Below, in pieces: positions 23,841 through 37,218 of a DNA stretch of 64,000 bases; the stretch's first letter is position 1, and each line of letters begins with the position of its first letter. Source of the DNA: Macrostomum hystrix (Eukaryota > Animalia > Platyhelminthes); contig CATNEN010000033.1 of assembly GCA_950097015.1 (NCBI GenBank), forward strand, positions 5,146,001 through 5,210,000, read 5' to 3'. The position numbers and the translations under genes are program-made. The notes below the pieces were generated by a model. It was not told the origin of the DNA. It ran no database searches and saw nothing but the letters and a program-made list of their open reading frames with translations.

Positions 23841-26800
23841 ACGCCAGCCTCTCTCTTTCTTCTATCCCAGGCTGGCTGGAGAGAAATATCGACCGGAGAG
23901 CCCTGCGCACTGGGACGCCACCGCACTCACCGCACTCAGTCTCAGTGCTGCTTGGGGGCCAGTAGACAGTCTAGGGGTTTGGGCTGTGTACATTCACGGC
24001 TTGAAATACAATGTACAGTCTGGGGCTTCGGCGCCCGGGGAAGGGAGGGGGTGGCTGTAATAAAATTTGGCCCGCAGAGTGGCGGAGGGGAGTTGGGGTG
24101 GCTGTCCTCGGAAAACAAAAAGTGACTCACTTTGAGATGATGCAGCTTTGCTCTGGATTGAGTAGAGATGTTCAAAATTGACAGCATTGTTGGAAAACAT
24201 GTAAAGTGTAAGTGGATCAAATTTGGAGAAAATCTGACGAAGTGGGGCGACGATATGTCGAATTGAGTGATTTTTTGACGATTTTTGAGCAGTTTTTTGC
24301 ACTTTTGAGCAGGAAGGAAATGATTTTTCGGGAATTTGAGTAGCCTATTGCACTCAGCGTAGGTGGTTTTAGGTATGTGCAAAGTTTGGTGCGATTTGGT
24401 TGAGCGGTTTCGGCGTCTATAAAGACAAAAGGTTGCACACACACAGACAGACAGAGTTTTCACTTTTATATATATAGATATTCTATGAAAGGATGTAATT
24501 GGGTCCTCCAATAGAAATAAAACATTATAAATCTAATGCTTGATTGGTATGTTCAGAAAAAAGTACAATACATATGCATCTAGGGAGAATAAATAAAAGA
24601 AGAGTCTGACATTCTCACAACAGACACAAGAAATTGTATGGTAAAAAAAGTCCAGCAAAATTGGGATGCCCCATTTTTACTCAGTGAAGCTAAAAATATT
24701 GTTCTCAGTAGTGGCTTCCACAATGAGAACTTTGACTTTCTAAAGCAAATCTCTAAAGCAAATCAGGCTATAAAATGTGTTTCATTTACCATCATAATCA
24801 ATAGCGACATTTCAATGTACGTGGAATTACAAACGCACTTAATTTCCAGGCATTTTTATTTCCATACGCTATTATCTTATGCTTAAAATTCTGATAACTA
24901 ACTGTGTATAACATAATTTTTTCAGTGAGGTCCAGCAAAGTGCTGTTCAAGAACATTACCATAGCTTTGTTTTAATACAGTTACAATCATGCTACCCAAG
25001 CGTCGGTTATGTTACATTTGTGGTGTTTTCATGCTTTCTAAAGTGAAGGCAAAGCACATAATTAATATCTAATACTTTGTTCAATACGTGTTGTAGAGTT
25101 ATATTCATTTTTTATGTCGAAATCTATGCCTTTAAAATGCTTTCCTTTATAGCGACAAAATTTCGGCGTCGGTTATGTTACATGCGGTACGTGCTCACCA
25201 AAAAGTTTATGACTTGAAAAAATATCAAACCTCGAAAAAATCTCGACGAGATGCGTCAACCCGATTAGCGCATTGAATTTATGAGAAACATTTACACATT
25301 TTAGTAAAGTTCTATTCCTAGATATTCATAAGGAGCGAAGAAACGGCGTCGGTTAGGTTACACGCCGATTTACGGACATCGATTTATCGCTCAGAGAATT
25401 TTCATTTTCTGCAAAAATTCGAAAACAACACATAAAGCTCCATCTTTGGAATGCTGTCTTTGTATATTTCATTTGCCCAACAGCCGATTCTAGACTTTTA
25501 GTGGAATAAAATAGGATATTAAAAAACAGCTCTTACTACGGACATCATAGTTGCACGCGTTTCGAGAAATAAATTGTCTGCTAATACTAAAACAAATCGG
25601 CCTTCAGCTGTTCTTTCTGCTACAAAGCTTTGGGTGACCATACGGTTGGTTTGTATATAAAATTGCCCAATTATATTATTGAGTTAAGAGAATATTTGCA
25701 CCGGACACATTTCTACAGATTTCAGCAGATCGTTTCGGATTTACCCATTTTAGGAACAAAAGTGTAAACAAACAAAATATAAAATATAGAGTGATTGTAT
25801 CAGAAAAGCAATGAAATAATTCTTAACTATATGTAAATGCTATTAACGTACAACTTAGTTTTACACTTCTTGCGCTTTACCATTGCTAGTGTTTATTTTC
25901 GACTTTGCTTTAAATTGAAGACTTTTTTATTTCGTATAAAGAATCCTAACACTACCGGCGGTGTCGCAGTAATACTTTTTAGGACTTTTGAAGATTTGCA
26001 ATTTAAGGAAATATTAATTAGCTCTATGATAAAACTGGTTTTATATTTTATTCTTTGTTGCGTTTTATTACTTGAATGAAATAAAGAGTGATTAGGCATT
26101 TTTACTTACATTTGCTTTGGAAATCTCAAGTGTTAAACTTTCACCGCATGCTATTCCGAACACTATTCCGCACGCTAGGGCCTATTCAGCACGCTAGTTT
26201 TACTTGGTTATTGAGATACCAGATTTCTAGTTCTAAAAAGATTAAATGCTAGCTTTAATCTCGGGGGAGCACCTACTAGTGCTATGTAGAGAGTGCTATA
26301 CAATATTTGGAAATGCAGGCTGGATTTCATATTTAAATGCTTAAAGTTTGTTACTTTGTTCTCGTGCATTCAGTCTAGAAAATTAGAAAAGACCCATGAG
26401 CCATGGCCTGTATGGTGCATAATGTACCAAATTATACAGCTGGTCTTCCTTGACTCATACTTAATGTATGGGATAGCATGCAGTGATAGTTTGACAAATG
26501 ACATCTTGAGAATCTAGGCCCTAGGGCCTATCAGTTTTCTGATCTGAATTATTTTAGGTACCTATTTTACTGATAAATAACCCATGGGCTACATACACCA
26601 AACATCAATTGGTCAAAAAACAAACTTCATGGACCAAAATAACCTAGAAGCTGACACAAACACTGTTGTGTGAGCAACAGGTTTCCTTCTTTGCACAATT
26701 TGTGATCATTTTGTTTTTTTGTTGTTTTGATATAATAGACTAGGATAAATATGCCTAATGTACCATAGACATAAAAACAAAAAATATATATAGTGAACAT

Positions 26801-28354
26801 AAAACATTAGAAAGATGCAATAACAATTAAACAACTAAATTTCTCATAAATATTTAATAATATAATAGCTACTGAGGAAAACACAAAATAAATTGCTAGG
26901 TTTCTAATTAAGTATTTAACCAAGTCTTGATTTATAGAAGCTCTACTATAGCAGTATAGGCCTATTCATTAAAAATAATAATTCACTCTATTGTATTAGT
27001 CATTGTCTTATCTATACTATAGCCAATTATCCAGGCTATGGCTAATGTCATTTCTAATTTTCTAGACTTAATGCACAAAGTAACAAACTTTAAACCTACT
27101 CCAACCACATCACAAGTATTTAAGTTCCCTATTCTTAAATTGAAATATAGAAGTAGCAAGTTCTATATATTTATTTATCTTAACCAAAGCAAAACAAAAC
27201 ATATCTGCTTAAAATGTATTTTTAGCTTTTTGTTGTAAGATGTTCTATTTAGGCATTAATATAGTTTAAGCTGCATAACTGTTTTTATTTACTTTGTTTA
27301 TAATAGGCCCTAGTAATATTGGTTGGTGCCAAAACTTAATACAATTTTATAAAGAGAAATACAATTAAGTGATAAAATATATGAATTTCAAAATCATAGA
27401 TAAATTCTTTAATATAATAAAGAAAGCAAATAAAACTGAAATTTGAAAACTAAAAAAATGCAAAAATGTGATTTTTTCCATTTAAAATCTTACAATTTAA
27501 TATATGCAAGCCAGGCCAGCTGGTTTGAGTTGACACTAGATTTGGACCTATTATGCCAACTGGCACCACAAGTCTGACAAAACAATGCACTGTGCTCTGT
27601 GTCTACCTTGTAATTTATCTGTGGCAGTGCTGAAGCCATTGTGTTTTAGAGTCAATAGTGTTTCAATACAAGCTATATATTAAAAAGGCCTTGTCATTTT
27701 TGCTGTTGGGAAAGTAAATTCTTGGTTCTTTATTCAGGTATAACCCTTATCCTTTATTATGTGATAGATAGTGACATACATGTGCAACCTCCCAAATCTT
27801 AGCCAGCCATGCGACATAGTTTTTGCTCTATTTACAACTAAGTTTGCTCTCAGTTGCAACTGAGTTTGTTTCATTGCTCTATTTACGACTTAGTTTGCTC
27901 TCATTTGCTCTTTTTTTCTCTCCCCTTTTTTCTATTCTTCACGCCTTCCTTTTTTGTCCCTTGGTCCCCCCTTTGATTTTTTGCGCTTGGTTGATTGGTT
28001 TTTGCAACTTACCTTGCTTGGCCCTCGTTTCACCCGGCCGTTTCGGCCGGGTGTTGTGCATGTATGGATAGTGATAAAGACAACCAGATTGATATGCAGA
28101 ACTCACACTCATACATTACATTTACACCAATCCCTCCTCCTCTATCCTAAGCCACCCAAATAAGTGCAATCCCCACCAGTCTAAATCATAGACCAGCTTT
28201 AAAGCTTTTTTGGCCTTTTACATGTTGGCTTATAGACTAGAAAAAATCCTTAGCTGCTAAGCATGGGACTTTCTCTCCCAAAGCCTAAAGATAAGGGAGT
28301 TTGTGAAATCAGAGTTTGCAGTTTACATTACTTTTAAGAGATTGCAGAAAGACA

Positions 28355-28416
28355 TGGGCCAGATAAAGTCTTTGTGGGCCAGATTTGGCCTGCAGGCCAG
28401 AGTTTATCAACCTCTG
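28355..28416. mobile_element. Degenerate hAT-like terminal fragment
   Basis: GGGCCAGATTTGGCCTGCAGGCCAGAGTTTATCAACCTCTG resembles right ends of the GGGCCGGATTTGGCCCGCGGGCC...GTTTG..ACCCCTG type; no matching left end was found. Confidence 0.4.
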
Positions 28417-29672
28417 ACCTGAGCTAGGCCCTATGCTTCCTTTAGAGACAAAAAATTTTAATTGGCTATCATTTCTTATTTCTCAAAGTGCAAGGAACTG
28501 TTGTAACATAAAATGTTTGTTGGTTTGATTAAATGAATGAATAAATACATCAAATCAAATAGACAAATAACAATATGATTAATAATATGGCAAACTCCTA
28601 GTCTGTGGAGATAAATTATTTTGCTTCTTTTTCCTTAGCAAAACTTATATGATAACTGCTAAAAGGACATAGCCAGCAATTAATAGTAGTGGGCAACCCA
28701 GTACTGAAATTTGCCAAGCATCTTTTCTAGGAAAAGGCAGTGCCAGAGGTACTCATTCAGGTGAGTCTGAAACAATGTGTCACTTGTGCCACACATCCTC
28801 CAGAAATTGTCACATCAATTATGTGTTTAGGTGGGGTCATTGGGGTCCACAAAGAATAGGCTCCAACTTGGCATTGCAGTTCAGGTGTTGCAAAGCAGCC
28901 CACATGTGACCAACTGCGCATGGTAAAATTCAGGTTGCATAGTTCATCAGCATATTCTCAATTGGCATAGGTTGCAATTGTCATAGGTGGCCTAGGTCAT
29001 TTAGCCATATTAATAGTCACCCATTACTCGTAGGCTGAAATGTGAAGAAAAAGTTGTTAAATAATTAAATGTCACAAAATAAGAGTTTGCCTTTATATAT
29101 TTTTATTATATGGCTATACATGACATGTAAGAGAAATAGTTTTCTCTCCCTCTAATACGCTCGTAGTTTTCATCAGAAAAGGGAAATAATTTACTATATT
29201 TTCCTTTACTGTAACACAGCTTACCTAATTTATCTAAGAACATTGGTAAACTGCAATATGCTGGGTTAAAATAGTAACTTGTAAGCAGTTTGTAATTATA
29301 TGCTAAAAATGATGGAATCATTGTCATCTACTCTTATAATTTCATGCACTAGTGTAGCTAATATACACAACTATATCTGTACCCCTGGCCATTCATTTTT
29401 AAGAATTTTGAAGTGGACAATTTATAATTTTTTTTATTAAACCATAAAAATGTCATTAATAAATACTAACTAAAGGGAAATAATTTTTTCATAAAAAAAT
29501 CCAAAAATAATTTGGTAACTAAGCACGCATTGTATTATTTTCACAGACCAGATAAAACGTCAGCAGGAGTTGGGCATCTGTGATTACAGTCTTGTGTGTG
29601 CTTCAATATTGACTGATTTCTGTAAAAGAAGGACGACAGAACAGCTGACACGGATCTTGATTTATCATCTCT

Positions 29673-32600
29673 ATGAGCCAACGTCAGCAGCAGCCTGCAG
29701 CTTCGGCTGCTGCGGCCGTGGCCGCTTTGCCAGCATCGGCGTCTGGCTCGTCGGCAGCAGCCGCAGCGGCTGCCACAGCGTCTCAGTCGCCAAGCCTGCC
29801 GCCTAGCCTGGAGGATCTGTGCGTTCGCCTGCTCGCCTCTCGCGGACTTCGCGATCTGGCCGGCCCAGCTGGCGACAGCGTCTGCAGCTCCCGCGTCTCC
29901 TTCTACCCCTGTGTGCCCTACTTGTACCCGGCCGTGGCCGACAAGCTGCTGAATGCTCTGGCGGCCGGTGGCAAGCTGACCGACCCGCTGCTAGGCGCCT
30001 TCACACCGGACAGATGCGGCCTGCAGTGCGTCCACCTCGAGAACGCTGAGGATCTGTCTCTAGAGAGCCTGAAGGTTAGCAATTGTTATTAAACAGGATT
30101 GCTTGCTTGCTGAAGCAAAATAAAATTTACCTTAAGACATTGAGTTCTTAAGATGTTAAGGCATTGGGGAAATTATACGATATGTAATGCAATTCCATTA
30201 TTGCCATCGTTGTTAGGAAACTAAAGCTGACTGGATCTAAGCATGTTCACATTTGTAATTGCATTGCAACTGTCACGTTTCACTGAACTTTTATTGAACT
30301 CCAAAACAGGTGCTGAAGCGGCATCGCCTTCTGCGACTAACCTGCGTGCACCTGGAACAGGTGAATCTGTACTCTCTGGTCAGCTGCCTTTCTGACGCCA
30401 GCAAGCAGCAGATGATCTCATTTAACCTGGCTGGCACTTCCATCCTGTGCGACAAGCTGCCAGTGATTGTCTGCCTGTCTGTGTTCCGCAGCCTAGCCAG
30501 CCTCAACCTGGCCAGCACTGAGCTCGACTGCAAATGCCTGGAGGTCATCTGCAACGATCTGCGTCACCTGGTCCATTTGGACATCTCCAAGACTGACGTG
30601 GTAGACATCTGGCCGCTGAGGCGAATGCGACACCGGCTGAAGTATCTGCGACTGTACGGCGTGAAGCCGAAGCAGGCCGGCAGATTCCTCACTGTACTGT
30701 CCGAGCTGGAGAATCTGCTGCTGTTAGACATCAGCGATGACACCAGCCTGGCCAGGTCTGCTCAGCTAATATTATTGCATCTACTATTTCTATGAGTAGT
30801 ACTAGTCTGTTCGTGTGCTTATGGAGATGTGCTCGCCGATTGATTTGAGTATTAAATCCTGCGACTCACACAACAGCCTTCATGCCTACACAAGCCCCAA
30901 ATTGGCCCGCACGCAGATCTATTTGGAGTTGCGCTGTGCTAATCATAATTTGCTTTTGATGTAATTGTTTCCCGCGTCTCGGTTTTCTCAGCGCCCTGTC
31001 TCCCGCCTCCGGCGCCCATCCGCCGCCTATTTTATCTTCAATTTTAGTAAAAACAACCATAAAAATTGGGCGAGATGACGACAATTTTTTCTCACAATTT
31101 ATGTAGCTTGGTTGTACGTGTTCTTCTGTGCCAGTGTATGTATGTGTGCCGAAGTCTTCAGCTGAAAATGTATTTTCCAGTGAATTTTCAAGGATTGTTA
31201 TTTGCTTGATGATCGAGACTGTAGAATTCGCATCCCAGCATGTGTACACAGCTGGGGCCACCCGTTGAAGGTCCAGAAGCTTCGCCTAAATGAAGGCCAG
31301 CAGACACCGAAGTCTGAGATGATGCAGATCATTTCAGAATCTTTAATTATTCATTTTTAGGAAAGTTTTCACGTGTTCTAGAATTTCTGGTATTATCGCG
31401 TGTCTATTGATCGCTTATCGATCGCCTATTGATCGAATTGCAGATTTGGCAAGCCGCAGATCCAGCAGCAGGTGCGCGAACTGTTCAGCTCACCCAGCTT
31501 CCTGCCCCGCCTGGAGCATCTGGACGTGTCTGGCAACAAGCTCAAGCTGGAAATCCCCCTGCTGCGCCAGTTCGTGCTGGCCAGGCCAAGTCTGAAATTC
31601 CTCGGCTTCGCCATGGTTGACGAACAGCTGACTGGCGAGCCGGAGCTGCCGGTTGAAATCGCCGGCTTCGACACCGAGGACCAGCTCATCCGCTGTCTGG
31701 AGCGTTACAGAGACAGGGAAAACTACATGCAGCAAACTCTGTGCGCGGTGTTCCTGCACACCAATCACATGTTCAACCTGAGAGAGCGCCTCCTGAGGGC
31801 CACCTTTCCCGTGCTGCGCAAGTATTCGCACAGGATGCAGCTGCAGCTGGCTGGCACGGCCGTACTGTACAATCTCACCCGCTATCAGCTGAGCTTCAAG
31901 CTCAGTCCCGCAGTTCGGAACACAGTCGTAGACCTGGTGCTAAACGCCATGGGCAATTTTCCAAAGCAGCAACAGTTGCAGAAGAATGCCCTGCTGACGC
32001 TGTGCAACGATTGCTTCCTGCATCAGGCAGAGTTCGACCGGCTCTGGTGCCTGTCCCTGGTGTGCGACGGCCTGGTGCAGTTCACAGACCAGCACATGGT
32101 GCGCATGCTGGTGGCCATAGTCAGCATTGTGTCAGCCAAGGTCAGCAGCCGGGATCTGGCCCTCCTGACCTCCCAGGACCGGCTGTTCGCCCGCCTGGTG
32201 GCCCTGGTGCAGGAGCGCCGCCGCCTGCTGCGCTCGCAGCTCACCGACCTGCCCAAGCCGCCAGGCCCGTCAGACCTGGACCCGACGCTGAAATTCGCTC
32301 TCAGCGCACTCTGGAACCTCACAGACGAATGCGAGCCCAGCTGCCGCCTGTTTGTTGGCGCCGGCGGCATCGAGGCCTACCTGAAGCTCTTCCGACTGCT
32401 GGACTGCGCCGCCGCTGCCGACGCCAGGCAGTGCATCCTGCCAAAGTGCCTCGGCCTGCTCAACAATATCGCCGAAATGCCGGCCACCAGGGAGTCCCTG
32501 CTGGATAGCGACCTCATCACTGTGAGTAATTCATGTATTAGTCCCATTCCATCCCCATGGGTAGCACAAACCTTCATCTCTCATCTATAGCCTCATCTCA

Positions 32601-33757
32601 GACCCCCTACTCTATCCCCCTATCTCCTCATTTTCTCCTATCTCCGCGCTTTCTCCTATCTCCGCGCTTATCCTGTCTTCTCGTTTTATCATACATATAG
32701 CTCCTCATTTTATCCTTTCTCCATCTCTCCTTATCTTCTTCCAGTACTTTCTTAGTTCAGCAGTTTTTATTGTGCAGCAGTTTCGAATTCCTCCCGAATA
32801 TCCTCCTCACCCACTCAGACGCTGAGCCAGCTGCTGACCGACACTTGCCTTAGCGTTGCCTACTTCGCCGCCGGAGTCCTGGCTAACCTCAGCCTCCTGC
32901 CCGACCGCGTCTGGCTAGAACGACTCAGTGAGCGGCCTCGCCGTCGCCTCCTGCCAGCTGTTGGCAACGCTGTGCTTTCCTGGTCCTCGCCGGATGCCGA
33001 GATGGTCGCCTATCGGTCGTTCCGGCCGTTTGTGCGCCTGCTGGAGCCCGGCCGGCACCCCAGCGCCCAGCTGTGGTCGCTGTGGGCCATCCGGCAGGTC
33101 TGCTGCCGAAACCGCCCCACCTACCTGCCGCTGCTGTCGCCCAGGCTCCTGCGCAACATTCGCGCCCTCCTGCCGCCGGAGGCCGCTGCCGCCGCCGCTG
33201 CGTCAATGGCCGAGCAGTTGGACGAAGCCGATGAAGACGACGATCGTTACCGCGACGATGTCCCCGCCGATGCTGACGCTGAGGCCGAAGTGGAAGTCAA
33301 TTCGACGACTTGCGGCGATGTCGACGACGCAGCTGCGGCCACAGCCGATGCGGACCGTCAGCAGCGACTCTGCGTCGCTATCGGCACCCTCGCTTCGGAA
33401 ATTCTCGCCCTTTTGCGCGCTGGCGATGGCGGCGACACCGAGACTGCCGGAGCTTTAGAGGACCGTCCAGAGTCGCAAGCCGGAGGCAGTGACGATGATG
33501 ACGATGACGACGACGAGGATAGCAACGTCGAAGACGGCTGCCGAAAGGAGGGCGACAGTGAGTCGTCCAATAGCGGGGGCGCCAAAAATCAGTCAGAGGA
33601 GGCGCCTGGCGATGAGGCGGCGAATGAGCAGCCGGAGGAGCTGCTAGGTGCTGTCGGTGGCGGTGGCAGCAGCGGCACAGAATCCTCCGTGCTCAAGTCT
33701 TCATCCAGGACCAGTTGTCGGGCCGGCGGGGGAAGCGGCAGCGCGGCCCTGCAATGA
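29673..33757 (+). CDS. zyg11: ZYG11-family LRR + Armadillo CRL2 substrate receptor, about 954 aa
   Basis: Exons 29673-30074, 30310-30755, 31444-32521, 32819-33757; all GT-AG and frame-consistent (2865 nt). Motifs PPSLEDLC, LRRs, QLAGTAVLYNLT, NFPKQQQLQKNALLTLC, LKFALSALWNLTDE, LGLLNNIAE, VAYFAAGVLANL and EMVAYRSFRPF match ZYG11 rather than ZER1. Confidence 0.92.
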
Positions 33758-35293
33758 TCGTCAAGCGCTTCATCGTCGCCGTCAGGTTCAGGTTCAGGCG
33801 GCGTGGGCGGAAGCGAGCATCAGAACCAGATAGAAGGCGCCTCAGAATTGAATAAGTTGTGATGCAATTGCTGCAAATCTTCTTTCTGTTTATTCTGCTC
33901 TGTCGGACAGTCTTTGTATCGCATTGATTATTGATTGGAGTGTCCCCTCTTATATTTTTGTATGCCCATCGGTGTTGCCTTGGTCACGGATTTGCCAGCA
34001 CCTTCCCCTCAGTTTCGCCTTGCCTCATCGCCCGCCAACAATGCCTACGGTATCGCTGCTGTGTTGTGTTTGAGCACTCTGGTTAATTTCTGTCGGCACC
34101 TGGTACCAGGTTCCTTAGCGGTGGACAAGAGGAGTTTTCGCTCCAGCCTAATTCGTTGTTCATGAAACTTGACTTGTCTTTTTTATTAAATTTGCAACAG
34201 AGAATCGTTAATTGTGACTCATCTACAGCTTATCTGATTCAACTATTCAACAATGCTCTCTTCATCTTCGAATTCGTCATTTGGTCTAGTTTTCTCCCCC
34301 ATTTTATTCCTCTTCTGTAAGCCTAGATCTGATATGAGCTCTCGGCCTGCTCTCTATGGTGTTTATAGCCGCTCTGTGATGAAGTATTTTGTTGTAACAA
34401 AGAACTATTCAAATATGACTAAACTAAATTAGCCTAGCAGACAGTAGCCTCAGTAAATATTGGTTTCTCAGATTACTTGTGCAATCGTTGTCTGCTCTTT
34501 TACTCTTAAGCCTGGCGTCCTGGGAAGGCTTATATCGATAAATCCGAATGCTCGATAGTCTTCTTTAATTTCCTCGCTACCGCTCCTTATATACTACTTA
34601 AAGTGTATTGCTATCAATTTCGGCACGTTTCACATTTTCGACACAGCGACTGTCGAGAATTCAATTGTGCTTTCCTGTTCTTCTCGCTAATCAATGCCGT
34701 TCTCATCTATTTCTGTCGGCCTGCCTGCACAATACTAGCCTTGCTTGGTTATATTATTCAAGTAATTGTATTTATCCAACATGAACTAAAACACTAGGTT
34801 TTTGGGCCGCAGTTTTTCGTCTGCATCAATGATTCAAGAATAAGCCGACTCTGATCTGTGCAGGGCTGTCCTTCTATGGTCCAAACCGAATTAGCGGCCC
34901 TAAGTTTGAGTTTGTCAGGTTCTTTTCTAGTTCGCAACTTGGTGTAACGAGATTTTTTTATTTTTTCCAAACTCCCTCTCCTAATGCTCTTTTGTGGCTA
35001 CTAGAAGTAGCAACGAGTGATTTTTATTAAGCACTGAATTAATTTTTCTTTTAAAATTCGCTTCGCCTGTCAGATTTGCTTATTTGATGGCCGTTGCTTC
35101 TTTACTGCCAGCGAAAATGCGAAAATAATAGTTGATTATAATAAAATATGCTGATATGGTCTCTTAAGACCCGAGGTATGTTCCGTTTGTGACCGGTTTA
35201 ATTCGTCCCGACATGCTTTGCACTTTTAATCGAAGTGTGCCAAGTTTTATTCGCCTTCTTGTTCATTTTCTGTCATAAAACGATTTATTAGGT

Positions 35294-35748
35294 CTCACTG
35301 AATGACCGATTCTTAGAGTAATCTGCTCACTGAATGACCGATTCTTAGAGTAATCTGCTCACTGAATGACCGATTCTTAGAGTAATCTGCTCACTGAATG
35401 ACCGATTCTTAGAGTAATCTGCTCACTGAATGACCGATTCTTAGAGTAATCTGCTCACTGAATGACCGATTCTTAGAGTAATCTGCTCACTGAATGACCG
35501 ATTCTTAGAGTAATCTGCTCACTGAATGACCGATTTTTAGAGTAATCTGCTCACTGAATGACCGATTCTTAGAGTAATCTGCTCACTGAATGACCGATTC
35601 TTAGAGTAATCTGCTCACTGAATGACCGATTTTTAGAGTAATCTGCTCACTGAATGACCGATTCTTAGAGTAATCTGCTCACTGAATGACCGATTCTTAG
35701 AGCAATCTGCTCTCTGAATGACCGATTCTTAGAGTAATCTGCTCACTG
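35294..35748. repeat. 32-bp minisatellite (CTCACTGAATGACCGATTCTTAGAGTAATCTG), about 14 copies
   Basis: Near-identical direct tandem copies. Confidence 0.96.
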
Positions 35749-36250
35749 GCCATAGTCAAACTCGCCAGACAAAAGTTACTTTTTAAAAGTCTGTCTGAAC
35801 TCTCAGACCCCGAGTCAATAGAAGGGACAAATAAGATGGGAGTTCTGGCCGCTTCGCATTGTTGATTGCTTTCAGCCTAATTGAAATTCTATTAGTTGCC
35901 AGCTTTTTAATTTGTTTCCTTTTTTCTGGGCAATAAATTACCTTCAGCACTGAAGCTCCTCCTGTGGTCAGGTTTTTGTTTCAAATTTCAATTTTCTTCT
36001 CCTGTGGGAATTAGAAGCTGGGAGTTAAAAATTCCCTTTTGGCAATTTCAAGGCTTCGGCAATCAGCGGGATGAGCTGCAGAACTGGCTCTTGCAGGATT
36101 TGTGTTTCTCCCCTTCTGGGAATTCGCTGCAGGACACCCGCATGGAGCTGTTTAGTTCACCCAGCCAAAATTTAACACGCATTTTTAGCCCGAAATGGCT
36201 TGAATGTCTTCTGCTTTTGAGCTATGTAAATGCCATACAGTGCACAGCAT

Positions 36251-36780
36251 GATCTATTGGGTTGTCATACTGTGCTCAGCCTGATCTATTGGGTTGCCAT
36301 ACTGTGCTCAGCCTGATCTATTGGGTTGTCATACTGTGCTCAGCCTGATCTATTGGGTTGTCATACTGTGCTCAGCCTGATCTATTGGGTTGTCATACTG
36401 TGCTCAGCCTGATCTATTGGGTTGCCATACTGTGCTCAGCCTGATCTATTGGGTTGCCATACTGTGCTCAGCCTGATCTATTGGGTTGTCATAATGTGCT
36501 CAGCCTGATCTATTGGGTTGTCATACTGTGCTCAGCCTGATCTATTGGGTTGTCATACTGTGCTCAGCCTGATCTATTGGGTTGCCATACTGTGCTCAGC
36601 CTGATCTATTGGGTTGCCATACTGTGCTCAGCCTGATCTATTGGGTTGTCATAATGTGCTCAGCCTGATCTATTGGGTTGCCATACTGTGCTCAGCCTGA
36701 TCTATTGGGTTGCCATACTGTGCTCAGCCTGATCTATCGGGCTGCTATAATATGCTCAGTCTGATCTATTGGGTTGCTAT
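36251..36780. repeat. 32-bp minisatellite (TGATCTATTGGGTTGTCATACTGTGCTCAGCC), about 16 copies
   Basis: Near-identical direct tandem copies. Confidence 0.96.
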
Positions 36781-37218
36781 AGTGTTTATACTGTGCTATA
36801 CTGCGGCTCCTGCACGGTGAAGTAAATTTGCTGAAGCAGTTAAACTTGTTACATGCCCAAGCAGGCAGCAGCCATGGATGCTACTTCCCTATAAGAGCTC
36901 TATTCTGATCAGTTAGTCAAAGAGCCGGGCAGACATTCTGCCCCCACCCAGACTATGGGAATATCTGCACGGGCTCTCAAACAACCGGCCTTGACCAACC
37001 TGATGCCGCGACTCTTACGGAGATGGAGGAGGAGTCTGTGCGTTGCCTCAGGGCAAACTGACCAGCCCTGCAATATGCTGGAGTGCCTTGATGGCTGCCT
37101 ACCCTGCTGCCGCTTGATTGTGCTGCACTGAAGACTCGATGAAGCAATCTTTGAATTAAAGAATCATACCCAGTCAGCGCTTCCTGCTTCGCTACTTTTG
37201 ATACTTGTCTCATCAGCT

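Larger units (their letters stand above)
22563..24478 (-). mobile_element. Non-autonomous (internally deleted) Helitron with both termini
   Basis: Minus strand begins A|TCTATATATATAAAAGTGAAAACTCTGTCTGTCTGTGTGTG...GCCGAAACCGCTCAACC, a typical Helitron 5' end. It ends GCCCCAAAAACAACGGGC-AAAAAAAG-CTAG|T (hairpin plus CTAG). Inserted between A and T with no TSD; contains the helicase C-terminus. Confidence 0.88.

Noticed and set aside
28740-29030. Possible Tc1/mariner relic on the minus strand (PIENM-like string)
   Set aside because: Only a few residues match and there are multiple stops; insufficient without a search.
31426-33833. Alternative-frame and antisense ORFs over zyg11 (and likewise over gcm, LZTR1, MFSD14 and SSB)
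   Set aside because: These are shadow ORFs of GC-rich coding sequence with no recognisable motifs.
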